Below are positions 18,515 to 28,566 of a stretch of 64,000 nt of DNA, piece after piece. This stretch comes from Myxococcota bacterium (GTDB lineage Bacteria; Myxococcota_A; UBA9160; JAFDDA01), in contig OZ245817.1 of NCBI GenBank assembly GCA_965228475.1, forward strand, positions 1,696,001-1,760,000, written 5' to 3'. Position 1 is the stretch's first letter; each line of letters opens with the position of its first letter. The notes under the pieces were generated by a model, which saw only the letters and a program-made list of their open reading frames with translations, was not told the DNA's origin and did not search any database. The position numbers and the translations under genes are program-made.

Positions 18515-19603
18515 ATGGCCGAAGGCGAAAAGACCGAGCCGGCCACCGCGAAGAAGCGGCAGGACGCCCGCGACCAGGGCGACGTCGCGACCTCGCGTGA
18601 GGTGCCGTCCGTGCTCGTACTGCTCGTGGTGCTGATCGGCCTCCTCGCCGGCATCGGCACGTCGGTGGTGTCGACCGTCGGCACGCAGTCCTACGACGTC
18701 TGGAGCGGCAAGGAGATCCACCCGACGACGATGGCGGACTTCCACGCCGTCCTGATCCACCACGGCCAGCGCACCATGATCGCCCTCACGCCCATCCTCG
18801 GCCTGATCATGCTGGCGGGACTCGCGAGCTACTGGCTCCAGACCGGACCCATGTGGGCGAGCAAGGCGCTCGGCTGGAAGTGGAGCCGCGTCAGCTTCTT
18901 CAAGGGCATGAAGCGGCTGGTGGACAAGAACAAGATCTTCGAGCTGGCGAAGGCGCCGGTCAAGATCGCGATCATCGTCGTGGCCGCATGGTTCACCATC
19001 GCCGACGACCTCGAGCAGGTCTACGTCCTGGTCGACGCCTCGATCTGGACGGCGATGACCGAGATGGGCCGCATGGCGGTCGAGATGTGCATCCTCGCGA
19101 TCATCATGCTCACCTTCCTGGCGATCGCCGACGTCTTCTGGACGCGGTATCGCCACGAAGAGAAGCTCAAGATGACCAAGCAGGAGGTCCGCGACGAGCA
19201 CAAGCAGCGCGACGGCGACCCGCAGATCAAGAGCCGCATGCGCCAGATGCAGCGGGAGCTCACGCGACAGCGCATGATCCGCGACGTCGCGGAGGCCGAC
19301 GTCGTGGTGACCAACCCGACGCACTTCTCCGTGGCCCTCTCCTACAAGCAGGCGGCCGCCGGCGCACCGAAGGTGATCGCCAAGGGGCGCGGATACGTCG
19401 CGCTCCGCATCCGGGAGGAGGCGCGAAAGCACGGCATCCCCCTGGTCGAGAACCGGCCCCTGGCCCAGGTCCTCTACAAGACCGTCGAGGTCGGGCGCGA
19501 GGTGCCCGAGAACCTCTATCAGGCCGTGGCCGAGGTGCTGGCCTACGTCTACCGCCTGCGCGGGGGCCGCCCGGCGCCCGCCGCCGCGGCCGGGGTGGCC
19601 TGA
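18515..19603 (+). CDS. flhB: Flagellar export protein FlhB
   Basis: EKTEPAT, KMTKQEV, GDPQIK, NPTH autocleavage motif. Confidence 0.95.
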   Translation: MAEGEKTEPATAKKRQDARDQGDVATSREVPSVLVLLVVLIGLLAGIGTSVVSTVGTQSYDVWSGKEIHPTTMADFHAVLIHHGQRTMIALTPILGLIMLAGLASYWLQTGPMWASKALGWKWSRVSFFKGMKRLVDKNKIFELAKAPVKIAIIVVAAWFTIADDLEQVYVLVDASIWTAMTEMGRMAVEMCILAIIMLTFLAIADVFWTRYRHEEKLKMTKQEVRDEHKQRDGDPQIKSRMRQMQRELTRQRMIRDVAEADVVVTNPTHFSVALSYKQAAAGAPKVIAKGRGYVALRIREEARKHGIPLVENRPLAQVLYKTVEVGREVPENLYQAVAEVLAYVYRLRGGRPAPAAAAGVA

Positions 19604-21681
19604 TGGACGGCGGACGCAAGGAAATCGCGATCGGCGCGGCGTTCTTCTTCATCCTCGCGCTGCTGATCGTCCCGGTGCCGCCGGCGCTGCTGGACCTGCT
19701 GGTCTCGGTCTCGCTCACCCTCGGCCTGATCACCCTGCTGCTCGCGCTCTACGCCGAGCGGCCCCTCGAGTTCTCCGTCTTCCCGTCGCTCCTGCTGATG
19801 CTGACGCTCTTCCGGCTCGGACTGAACGTCGCGAGCACGCGTTTGATCCTCCTGCGCGGTGGCGACGGGGCGAGCGCCGCGGGCCACGTGATCGAGGCGT
19901 TCGGGAACTTCACCGTCGGCGGCAACTACGTCGTCGGTCTCGTGATCTTCTTCATCTTCGTGATCATCAACTTCATGGTCATCACGAAGGGCGCCGGGCG
20001 CATCGCCGAGGTGGCCGCGCGCTTCACCCTCGACGCCATGCCCGGCAAGCAGATGGCCATCGATGCGGACCTGAACCAGGGCGTGATCGACGACCAGGAG
20101 GCGGTGCAGCGCCGCTCGGACATCCAGCGTGAGGCGGACTTCTACGGCGCGATGGACGGCGCCAGCAAGTTCGTCAAGGGCGACGCGATGGCGGGCATCG
20201 TGATCATGCTGATCAACGTGATCGGCGGCCTCGTGATCGGCGTGGCCCAGCTCGGCCTGGGCTTCGAGGACGCGCTCGAGACCTACACGCTCCTGACCGT
20301 CGGGGACGGCCTCGTCTCCCAGGTCCCGGCGCTGGTGATCTCGACCGCCGCCGGTGTGATCGTGGCGCGGGCCGCGGCCGGGGCCCCCCTGGCCGAAGAG
20401 GTCCGCCAGCAGGTCTTCCTGCAGCCGCGCGCGCTCGGCGTCGCCTCGGTGATGCTCGGGGCGATGGCGCTCACGCCGGGTCTTCCCTTCGTGCCGTTCG
20501 CCGCGCTGGCCGCCGGTGCGGGCATCCTCGCGCGGACCGTCTCGAAACCCGAGGAGGAATCGGCCGCCGTCCCGGAGGAGGGAACGGAGGCCCCCGACCC
20601 GGAGGCCCAGGCCGCCGCCCAGGAGGCGGAGGTCAAGGGAGCCCTCGCGCTCGACGAGCTCGAACTGGAGATCGGCTACGGGCTCGTCGGCCTCGTGGAC
20701 CCCGAACGCGGGGGCGAGCTGCTGACACGCATCCGCGGCATCCGCAAACAGCTGGCTTCGGAGCTCGGGTTCGTCGTGCCCCTGGTCCACATCCGCGACA
20801 ACCTGCAGCTCGAACCGAACACGTATTCGATCCTGGTCCGCGGCAACCCGGTCGCGAAGGGCGAGGTTCCGCCCGGGCGCTGGCTCGCCCTGAAGGGCGA
20901 CCCGAACGCGCCGAAGGTTCCGGGCATCAAGACGAAGGATCCGGCCTTCGGCCTGCCGGCCGTCTGGGTGCAGGAGCGCGATCGCGAGCGCGCCTCGGCG
21001 TCCGGCTACGCCGTGGTCGACGCGTCGACCTCCGTGGCGACCCACCTCTCCGAGGTCATCCGGGGCCACGCTCCGGACCTGCTTTCGCGCCAACAGGTCC
21101 GCGAGCTGCTCGACCAGCTGGCGGAGACGGCGCCGAAGGTGGTCGAGGAGATCGTGCCGAACATCGTGCACGTCTCGGTCCTGCACCGGACGCTTCGCAG
21201 CCTGCTCGCCGAACGGGTCTCCGTGCGCGACCTGCCGACCATCCTCGAGACCCTGGCCGAGTACGCGCCGCGGATCCAGGATCCGGACCTGTTGACGGAC
21301 CTCGTGCGCGAGCGCCTCGGGCGGACCATCACGCGCCGCTACCAGACGCCGGAGGGCGCGCTGCGGGTGATCACCCTGGCGCCCGAAGTCGAAGACACCC
21401 TCCGGCAGGGCGTGCAGCGCTCGGACAGCGGTTCGTACCTCTCGGTCGACCCCCAGACCCTCGACCGGCTCGTGAAGGGGATCGAGGCCACCGTCGAACA
21501 GATCGGCGGGGTCTCGGACGGGCGCGGCCCGGTTCTCCTCTCGTCGCAGACGGTTCGCTCCCCGCTCCGGCAGATCCTCGGGCGCGTGCTCCCGCGGCTC
21601 GCCGTGGTTTCCCACAACGAACTCCCCTCGGACGTCCAGATCGTGGGCGACGGGATCGTGAGGCTCGCCGATGCACATTAA
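19603..21681 (+). CDS. flhA: Flagellar export protein FlhA
   Basis: RIAEVAARFTLDAMPGKQMAIDADL, FYGAMDGASKFVKGD; ATG at 19603 overlaps the flhB stop. Confidence 0.96.
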   Translation: MDGGRKEIAIGAAFFFILALLIVPVPPALLDLLVSVSLTLGLITLLLALYAERPLEFSVFPSLLLMLTLFRLGLNVASTRLILLRGGDGASAAGHVIEAFGNFTVGGNYVVGLVIFFIFVIINFMVITKGAGRIAEVAARFTLDAMPGKQMAIDADLNQGVIDDQEAVQRRSDIQREADFYGAMDGASKFVKGDAMAGIVIMLINVIGGLVIGVAQLGLGFEDALETYTLLTVGDGLVSQVPALVISTAAGVIVARAAAGAPLAEEVRQQVFLQPRALGVASVMLGAMALTPGLPFVPFAALAAGAGILARTVSKPEEESAAVPEEGTEAPDPEAQAAAQEAEVKGALALDELELEIGYGLVGLVDPERGGELLTRIRGIRKQLASELGFVVPLVHIRDNLQLEPNTYSILVRGNPVAKGEVPPGRWLALKGDPNAPKVPGIKTKDPAFGLPAVWVQERDRERASASGYAVVDASTSVATHLSEVIRGHAPDLLSRQQVRELLDQLAETAPKVVEEIVPNIVHVSVLHRTLRSLLAERVSVRDLPTILETLAEYAPRIQDPDLLTDLVRERLGRTITRRYQTPEGALRVITLAPEVEDTLRQGVQRSDSGSYLSVDPQTLDRLVKGIEATVEQIGGVSDGRGPVLLSSQTVRSPLRQILGRVLPRLAVVSHNELPSDVQIVGDGIVRLADAH

Positions 21682-22849
21682 ACGTTTCTCGGCGCCGACC
21701 ATGCTCGAGGCCGTGCAGCAGGTGAAGGCCGCGCTCGGGCCGGATGCGCTCGTGCTCGACACGCGAACGGTCCGGAAGGGGCAGGGGCCCTTCGGCCTGC
21801 TCGGCCGAACGTGGGTCGAGGTCACGGCCGCGGCCGAGCGGAGCGAAGCGACGACGGACTCCCCCGAGTCACGAAGGTCCACGAGAGCGGCCGCGCCGCA
21901 CGAAGGGGAGGGCCGCGTCGACGCGAACGTCGCGCGCGAACTCCGCGCCCTGCGCGAACGGATCGACGGTCTGGACCGCGCCGGCGCGAACCAGGACGAA
22001 GCGCTCCAGGAACTCGCGGAGCTCCGGGCCTGGACGGCCGAGCTCGCCCGCGGACGAAGGCCGGAAGGCGAGGGGCCCATCGAAACCCGGCTCGCTGGTC
22101 ACCTGCTCGCCGGTGGGCTCGCCCCGCGCCATGCGTGGGTCCTCGGGCGCGCGGCTGCGGCCCGGCCCGAGGTCGGCCAGGACGAGCGCGCCGCCCTGGC
22201 GGCCGCGCTGCGGGCGGAACTCGACGATCGCATGCTCCCGCCCCGGGCCGACGACGGCATCGAGGTCGAGTTCTTCGTCGGCCCGACCGGCGCCGGCAAG
22301 ACCACGACCCTGGCCAAGCTGGCGGCGCGCGGGAGGGAGGAGCCTGGCGGCGTCGCGCTGGTCACCACCGACGTCCATCGTCTGGGCGCGGTCGAGCAGC
22401 TCGAACGCTACGCCGGGAGCCTCGGCGTCCCCTTTGCGACGGCCGGCGACGCCGAAGCGCTCGGGGAGCGCATCCGGGCACGGCCCGCGCGACGGGTGCT
22501 CGTCGACACGGCGGGCCGCAGTGCCGATCCCGAAGCCCTCGCCGGCCTACGCCGCCTGCGCGATGCGGCGGGCGGCCCCACGCGAGTGAGTCTGGTGCTC
22601 TCGGCCACGGCCGGCGCCGAGCAGCTCGCGCACGAACGCGAGCGCTACGCACCGCTCGGACCGGAGGCGCTCGTGCTGACGAAACTCGACGAGTGCGTCT
22701 CCTTCGCACCCGCCGCGAATCTGCTCCTCGACGAGACCACGCCTCCGCTGTCCTGGACGGCGACGGGACAGCGCGTCCCGGAGGACCTCCGCGTCGCCGA
22801 GCCCGAACCGTTCGCGCACGCGCTGCTCGGCGTGGAGGGCCGCCCGTGA
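21671..22849 (+). CDS. flhF: SRP-family GTPase FlhF
   Basis: MHIKRF..., GPTGAGKTTT, DTAG, TKLDE, GQRVPED. Confidence 0.92.
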   Translation: MHIKRFSAPTMLEAVQQVKAALGPDALVLDTRTVRKGQGPFGLLGRTWVEVTAAAERSEATTDSPESRRSTRAAAPHEGEGRVDANVARELRALRERIDGLDRAGANQDEALQELAELRAWTAELARGRRPEGEGPIETRLAGHLLAGGLAPRHAWVLGRAAAARPEVGQDERAALAAALRAELDDRMLPPRADDGIEVEFFVGPTGAGKTTTLAKLAARGREEPGGVALVTTDVHRLGAVEQLERYAGSLGVPFATAGDAEALGERIRARPARRVLVDTAGRSADPEALAGLRRLRDAAGGPTRVSLVLSATAGAEQLAHERERYAPLGPEALVLTKLDECVSFAPAANLLLDETTPPLSWTATGQRVPEDLRVAEPEPFAHALLGVEGRP

Positions 22850-23661
22850 GCGCGCCGCGGCCGGTGGCCGTCGTCAGTGGGAAGGGTGGCGTCGGGAAGA
22901 CGCACCTGGTCGTGAACCTCGGCGTGGCCGCGGCTGCGCGGGGCACGCGCGTGCTGGTCGTGGACGGGGATCTCGGTCTGGCGAACATCGACGTCCTGCT
23001 CGGCCTCGTCCCCGAGCGCTCGATCGCGGACGTGGTCGCCGGCGAATGCAGCCTCTCCGAGGCCCTGCTGCCCGGCCCGGGCGGGATCCACGTGCTGCCC
23101 GCGGCGTCGGGGCGGAGCGAGCTCGCCGCCCTCGGCGGGAACCGTCTCACGCGTCTGGTCGCCGAGCTCTGGAACGCGGCGCGGGAGTTCGACCTGGTCT
23201 TGATCGACGCCGGCGCCGGCATCGGCTCCTCCGTCGTCGGGCTCGCAGCGGCGTGCACGCGCGGCCTGCTCGTCACGACCCCCGAGCCGACCAGCCTGGC
23301 GGACGCGTACGCGACCCGGAAGGTGCTGCGTCACTATGCCCCGGCCCTGGATCTCTCCCTCGTCGTGAACCACGCCAAGAGCGAGCTCGAGGCCCATCGC
23401 ACCCACACCCAGCTCGATCGACTCTCACGCCGGTTTCTCTCGGCGCCGATCGCGCTCTCCGGGTTCCTTCCGCGCGACCCCAAGGTCGGGGAAGCCGCCC
23501 GTCTGCAGCAGCCGGTGTCGCTGGCCTTCCCGCAGTCGCCCTTCGCGCGCCGTCTCCTGCCCCTCGCCGACGCCCTCGTCACCGTCGCCCGGAAACCCGG
23601 ATCGAAGCCCGCGCCCCAACCCATCCCACGCCGCAACCCAGCCGGAGTCACCCCATCATGA
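22846..23661 (+). CDS. flhG: MinD-like ATPase FlhG/FleN
   Basis: SGKGGVGKT, DGDLGLANID, DAGAG, TPEPTSLADAYA. Confidence 0.92.
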   Translation: MSAPRPVAVVSGKGGVGKTHLVVNLGVAAAARGTRVLVVDGDLGLANIDVLLGLVPERSIADVVAGECSLSEALLPGPGGIHVLPAASGRSELAALGGNRLTRLVAELWNAAREFDLVLIDAGAGIGSSVVGLAAACTRGLLVTTPEPTSLADAYATRKVLRHYAPALDLSLVVNHAKSELEAHRTHTQLDRLSRRFLSAPIALSGFLPRDPKVGEAARLQQPVSLAFPQSPFARRLLPLADALVTVARKPGSKPAPQPIPRRNPAGVTPS

Positions 23662-24512
23662 ACACCAAACTGAGCCGCTACCTGAACAAGGTCGGAGACC
23701 TCCCGACCGTGCCGATGGTCGCGCAGAAGGTCATGCAGCTCGTCGAGAACCCCGAGACGAGCGTCGACGACCTGAAGCGGGTGATCGAGACCGATCCGGC
23801 GATCGCGAGCCGCATCCTGAAGGTGGCGAACTCGTCGCTCTACGGGTTCTCACGTTCGATCGAGACCCTCGCCCACGCGATTTCGCTGCTCGGTTTCCGG
23901 ACCGTGCGCAGCCTGGTGATGGCCGCCTCCCTGAATCAGTCGTTCCGCCACTTCGGCCTGACGGAGAAGCTCCTCTGGGAGCACGCGATCGTCGCGAGCA
24001 CGGTCTCCGGCGCGCTCGGCGAGTACGGCGGCATCGGCATCCCGCGCGAGGAAGCCTTCACCGTGGGCCTCTTGCACGACCTCGGCAAGATCGCGCTCTC
24101 GAACTGCTCCCACGACGAATACGACGACGTGATCCGCACGACCTACAACGACGGCCGCAGCTTCGCCGACGTCGAACGGGAGGTCTTCGGCTTCGACCAT
24201 GCGGAGATCGGCGCCCAGGTCGCCCGGAAGTGGAAGCTCCCCGGGAACCTCGAGGCGGCCATCCGGTACCACCACGAGCCGGAGAGCCTGGCGAAGCTCA
24301 CGCCCGAGGAAGGCCGCATGACGGCGCTCGCCACCGTGACCACGAGCCTGTGCACGCGGCTCGGCGTGGGCCGCCGGGGCCCCATCGAGGAGATCGACGT
24401 CCCGGCGATGCCGGCGTGGTCCTACCTCGGCTTGAAGGATTCGGACTGGGAAGAGGTCTGGGCCTTGACCCAGGAGCAACACGAACACTCCGCGGGGTTC
24501 ACATCGCCCTAG
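23658..24512 (+). CDS. HDOD domain protein
   Basis: LPTVP, DPAIASRILKVANS, LWEHA, GLLHDLGK, FGFDHAEIG..W, HH; ATG overlaps the flhG stop. Confidence 0.9.
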   Translation: MNTKLSRYLNKVGDLPTVPMVAQKVMQLVENPETSVDDLKRVIETDPAIASRILKVANSSLYGFSRSIETLAHAISLLGFRTVRSLVMAASLNQSFRHFGLTEKLLWEHAIVASTVSGALGEYGGIGIPREEAFTVGLLHDLGKIALSNCSHDEYDDVIRTTYNDGRSFADVEREVFGFDHAEIGAQVARKWKLPGNLEAAIRYHHEPESLAKLTPEEGRMTALATVTTSLCTRLGVGRRGPIEEIDVPAMPAWSYLGLKDSDWEEVWALTQEQHEHSAGFTSP

Positions 24513-24537
24513 CGGAAGGTGATTCGGAGGACGCGCC

Positions 24538-24732
24538 ATGGCTGGAGGAGACGGAGTCACCCTCCCCCCGATCGAGCGCCCGGCGGTACCGGAGCCCGTC
24601 GCGGAAGTGGACCGCGACCGGCAGCGCCGGCGCCAGGAGCGGGAGAAGCGCAAGAAGAAGCCGTCCGGGAAGTCCGACGACGACAAGCCGGTCGAGGACG
24701 GCAAGGGCGAACGCGTCGACATCCGCGCCTAG
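24538..24732 (+). CDS. Small hypothetical protein (64 aa)
   Basis: GGAGG RBS; charged body; KGERVDIRA C-terminus. Confidence 0.6.
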   Translation: MAGGDGVTLPPIERPAVPEPVAEVDRDRQRRRQEREKRKKKPSGKSDDDKPVEDGKGERVDIRA

Positions 24733-24762
24733 CGCGGAGCGGGTCCCGGCTCGAGACCGGCG

Positions 24763-26130
24763 TTAGTCGCTCGGCGGCGGCGATGCGACGTCGACGGTCA
24801 GCTCGCGAAGCTGTCGTGCCGCGTCGGCTTCGATTCGCTCCCGGTCGGCCTCGATCGACCGGCGGATCGCAGCGTCCTCGCCGGCCGCGACCTCGAGCTC
24901 GCGCCCACCCTTGCGGGAGAGGCGGCTCCGCCGCTCCTCGAGTTCCGCCGGAATGAACGCCCGCGCGGACCCGGGCGCGTAGTGCACCTCGCGCTCGACG
25001 GCGACCGGAATGCCGGCCACGACCGCACGAACCCGGAGCCGGTTGCGTCCGGGCACGAGCGGAACGAGCGCGTCGAAGCGGCCGTCCCGGGAGAGGTGCA
25101 TGCGGTGGGCGCCGCGTTGACGCGTCAGGTTCTCGATCGCGAACTCTTCCAGCCCGCGCAGGGGAAGGGATTGCACGGCGACGTTCAGGTCCTGGGCCCG
25201 CCGCACGGGCGTGAAGACGCCCCCCGTCCGCCGGGCCATCTCGACGGTGGCGAGGGGGCGCGCCAGGGCTTCGGGCCCCACGGCGAAGCTGAAGACGCGG
25301 ACCCCGTGCGCCGCCGCGCGCTCGGCGGCGTGCAACACGGCGATCTCGTTGTCGCGTTCCTCGGCGTGGGGGTGGGTCGGCGTGCCGTCGGTGAAGAACA
25401 CGACGACGGGCTGCGCTTCCGGGTCCGGCTTCGACCAGCCCCGGCCCACGAGCTCGTCGACGGCGCGGTCGAGCGCCCCGGCCATGTTGGTGCTCCCGCC
25501 GGCTCCCTCGCGCTCGATGCGATCGAGGCCTTCCGCCAGGACGTCGGTGTCGCGGGTCAGGGTGACCTCGGTCCAGGCGCCGTGTCCGGGCCGGGGCGGG
25601 TCGAAACGGTCGCCCGCCGAAAAGGCGATCAGCCCGATCCGGGTATCGCGCGGATCGACGTCCGAGAGCAGGATGCGCGCGGATTCGAGTTCGGTCCGCA
25701 GGATGCTGACGTCGCGCTCCCGGGGTGTCCCTCGGACGCGCTCCCGGACGCGGTCGACGTTCGGACGGGTCGGGCGCTCGGTCGAACCCGACACGTCGAG
25801 GACGAAGATGGCGTCGACGCGGCCGGGCGTCCCGAAGGGCGCGTCGATCCGGCCCGCGAGGTAGGCCTCGCCTCCGAAGCTGAAGACGGTCCCATCGTCC
25901 GGATACTCGAGGCCGAGGTCCACGCGCGTCGGCGGCCCGGGGCGCCGCGGTGCGATCGCGAGGCGCGCGGCCTCGGCGGGAGCGAGCTCCCTCAGCGGCG
26001 GCGCGGAAGACTTCGAGAGCGCCTCTTCGGGAATGCGCAGGGGATCGAGGTCGTCGGCCCGAGCCGGACCCGGCGCCGTCGGCGCGAAACCCAGGGCAGC
26101 GAGAACGGCGATGCAGAGCAGCAGGCGCAT
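24763..26130 (-). CDS. Exported VWA-domain protein, paralog of the 7114-9306 C-terminal part
   Basis: Signal peptide; LEYP, MIDAS DVSGS, RIGLIAF, GST, FFTDG, LVPLVPGRNRL. Confidence 0.82.
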   Translation of the reverse strand: MRLLLCIAVLAALGFAPTAPGPARADDLDPLRIPEEALSKSSAPPLRELAPAEAARLAIAPRRPGPPTRVDLGLEYPDDGTVFSFGGEAYLAGRIDAPFGTPGRVDAIFVLDVSGSTERPTRPNVDRVRERVRGTPRERDVSILRTELESARILLSDVDPRDTRIGLIAFSAGDRFDPPRPGHGAWTEVTLTRDTDVLAEGLDRIEREGAGGSTNMAGALDRAVDELVGRGWSKPDPEAQPVVVFFTDGTPTHPHAEERDNEIAVLHAAERAAAHGVRVFSFAVGPEALARPLATVEMARRTGGVFTPVRRAQDLNVAVQSLPLRGLEEFAIENLTRQRGAHRMHLSRDGRFDALVPLVPGRNRLRVRAVVAGIPVAVEREVHYAPGSARAFIPAELEERRSRLSRKGGRELEVAAGEDAAIRRSIEADRERIEADAARQLRELTVDVASPPPSD

Positions 26131-26276
26131 CGCTCGAAGCTAGCGATTCGCGCCCGGCCCGCGCGGTTTCCCGCTGAAACCCGCCCGGCAAGAGTTGCCG
26201 AGGGCCGCTCCCCCCGAGCGGGCCCGATCAGGCAAAAAGCGAAGCGATTTCAGAGGTTTTCCGCGCCACCCGCCGG

Positions 26277-26292
26277 TGGCACGCGCCTTGCT
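26277..26292 (+). promoter_or_regulatory. sigma54 -24/-12 promoter of the flgF operon
   Basis: TGGCAC-GCGCC-TTGCT. Confidence 0.85.
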
Positions 26293-26315
26293 CTAAGGGA
26301 GGCCGGGAGGTTCCC

Positions 26316-27050
26316 ATGCCCGACGAACTGTTCGTCTCCGCAAGCGGTGCGAAGGCTCGGCTGCGCCAGCTCGAGGTCGTCTCGAACAACCTCGCGAACG
26401 CCAACACGGTGGGGTTCCGGCGGGATCAGACGGCTTTCTCCGCGACGCTGAACGCCCAGATTCGCTTCGAGGACGGCCCCGCGCGGGGCGCCGATGCCAT
26501 GTCCTTCGTCGAGATCGACGGCGCGAGCATCGACACGCGGCCCGGCACGATCACCCGGACGGGCTCGCCGCTCGACGTCGCGATCCAGGGCGAAGGCTAC
26601 TTCGAACTGTTGAGTCCCGAGGGCCCGCGCTACACGCGCGCCGGGGATTTCTCGATCGGCGCCAACCGGCAGCTCTCGACGAAGCAGGGGATCCCGGTGG
26701 CCGGAGACGGTGGACCGATCGAACTCGGGGACCGGCCCGTGGAGATCGTCGCGAGCGGTGAGATCGTCGACGATCAGGGCCAGACGCTCGGCCGCCTGAA
26801 GGTGGTGGAGATCGACGCGGCCGACCTCGTGAAGGAAGGCTCGAACCGCTTCACGCTCGCCGAGGGCGCCGTCGTGCGCCCGCTCGCGAACGTCCAGCTC
26901 GCCGAACGCTCCGTGGAAGGCTCGAACGTCCAGACCGTTCGCGCCCTGGCGGAGCTGATGATGATTCAACGCTCCTTCGAGGCCAGTCTGCAGACGCTAC
27001 AGGCCAGCGACGGCGCGACCCAAGCATTGTTGAGGGAGATCTCGCAGTAA
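26316..27050 (+). CDS. flgF: Flagellar rod protein FlgF
   Basis: SNNLANANTVGF, TGSPLDVAIQGEGYF, YTRAG, EGSNV. Confidence 0.9.
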   Translation: MPDELFVSASGAKARLRQLEVVSNNLANANTVGFRRDQTAFSATLNAQIRFEDGPARGADAMSFVEIDGASIDTRPGTITRTGSPLDVAIQGEGYFELLSPEGPRYTRAGDFSIGANRQLSTKQGIPVAGDGGPIELGDRPVEIVASGEIVDDQGQTLGRLKVVEIDAADLVKEGSNRFTLAEGAVVRPLANVQLAERSVEGSNVQTVRALAELMMIQRSFEASLQTLQASDGATQALLREISQ

Positions 27051-27835
27051 TGAGAGCACTGTTCACGGCGGCCACGGGCATGGAGGCGCAGCAGCTGCGC
27101 ATCGACAACATCGCCAACAACCTGGCCAACATCGGGACCACTGGCTTCAAGAAGACGCGCGCGGAGTTCCAGGACCTCTTCTACGAGATCCTGCAGACGC
27201 CGGGCGCGACCTCCTCGACGGGCGAACAGCTCCCGACGGGCGTGCAGATCGGCCACGGCGTGAAGGTCTCGGGCACCCAGCGCATCTTCACCCAGGGCGA
27301 CCGCACCCAGACCGGCCGGGACCTCGACTTCACCGTCGACGGGGACGGCTTCTTCCAGGTGCAGCGCAGCGGCGGTGAGACCGTCTACACCCGCGACGGC
27401 TCCTTCAAGCTCGACAGCCAGGGCAACCTCGTCACCGCCCAGGGCTACCCAATGATCCCGGGCATCCAGATTCCGACGGACACGATCGCCCTGACCGTGC
27501 TCGACGATGGGACGGTCTCGGGCCTGATCGCCGGCGATACGGACGCGACGAACCTCGGCCAGATCGAGCTCGCGCGCTTCGCGAACCCGTCGGGCCTGCG
27601 CGCCCTGGGCAACAACTTCTTCGTGCCGACCGAGGCCTCGGGGAACCCGGAGACGGGCACCCCGGGCGCCGATGGCTACGGCTCGATCACCCAGGGGATG
27701 CTCGAGGCCTCGAACGTGAACGTCGCCGAGGAGCTCGTCCAGATGATCCTCGCGCAGCGGGCGTTCGAGCTGAACTCGCGCGTCATCCAGACCGGCGACC
27801 AGATGCTCCAGGCCGCTGCGGCGCTCTCGCGCTGA
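27050..27835 (+). CDS. flgG: Flagellar distal rod protein FlgG
   Basis: MRALFTAATGM, ANNLANIGTTGFKK, FQDLFY, LEASNV. Confidence 0.95.
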   Translation: MRALFTAATGMEAQQLRIDNIANNLANIGTTGFKKTRAEFQDLFYEILQTPGATSSTGEQLPTGVQIGHGVKVSGTQRIFTQGDRTQTGRDLDFTVDGDGFFQVQRSGGETVYTRDGSFKLDSQGNLVTAQGYPMIPGIQIPTDTIALTVLDDGTVSGLIAGDTDATNLGQIELARFANPSGLRALGNNFFVPTEASGNPETGTPGADGYGSITQGMLEASNVNVAEELVQMILAQRAFELNSRVIQTGDQMLQAAAALSR

Positions 27836-28566
27836 TGCGTAGCCATCGCCCGGCCAGGCTCTGGGTTTCGTTCCGCGCAGCGCTCGCCGCTTCGCTGGCG
27901 CTGGCGTCGGCCGTGGTGGGTGCCCCGGCGTCCGCGGCGCCCGAGGACGCCCTCCGCCGCCAGCTCGAGCGCTACGTCGAAGAGCGCGCGCCGGTGCCGC
28001 CCACCTCGATCGAGATTCCGTCGCTCACGGACTTCGCCATTGCGTGGGAAGCGCCCGGCGAGGTTCGCGTCGTCTTCACGACGGCCCCGCAGCGTTTCCT
28101 CGGGAGCGTGCCGGTCACGATCACGGTCTACGTCGAGGGGGAGGCGGTGAAGCGCGGCGTGGTGACCACCCGCGTGCGAGCGGAGCAGACGATCTACCTG
28201 ACGGCCCGGGCGCTCGAACGGGGCGCGCTGGTGCATCGTCAGGATCTGCGGGAGGAGCGCCGCGACGTCTCGAACATCCCGACCGGTGCCCTCGCCGACC
28301 CGGGCGAGATCGTCGGCAAGCGAACGACCCGGGCGCTGCCTTCGGGCTCGGTCTGGCTGCCCAGCCACCTGAGAACGCCCCAGATCGTCACCCGCGGTCA
28401 GGTCGTGCGGCTGAACTTCCGCAGCGGGGCCCTCGCCATCGAGGGGCTCGGCAAGGCACGCCAGGACGGCCGGCCCGGCGAACGCATTCGCGTGATCAAC
28501 GTGGACACGCGCCGCGAGGTCGTCGGCATCGTCACGCCGGCTGGGGAGGTGGACGTTGCGCTCTAG
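27835..28566 (+). CDS. flgA: P-ring chaperone FlgA
   Basis: Signal peptide, SAF domain, VTRGQVV, GKARQDG..GERIRV.N. Confidence 0.88.
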   Translation: MRSHRPARLWVSFRAALAASLALASAVVGAPASAAPEDALRRQLERYVEERAPVPPTSIEIPSLTDFAIAWEAPGEVRVVFTTAPQRFLGSVPVTITVYVEGEAVKRGVVTTRVRAEQTIYLTARALERGALVHRQDLREERRDVSNIPTGALADPGEIVGKRTTRALPSGSVWLPSHLRTPQIVTRGQVVRLNFRSGALAIEGLGKARQDGRPGERIRVINVDTRREVVGIVTPAGEVDVAL

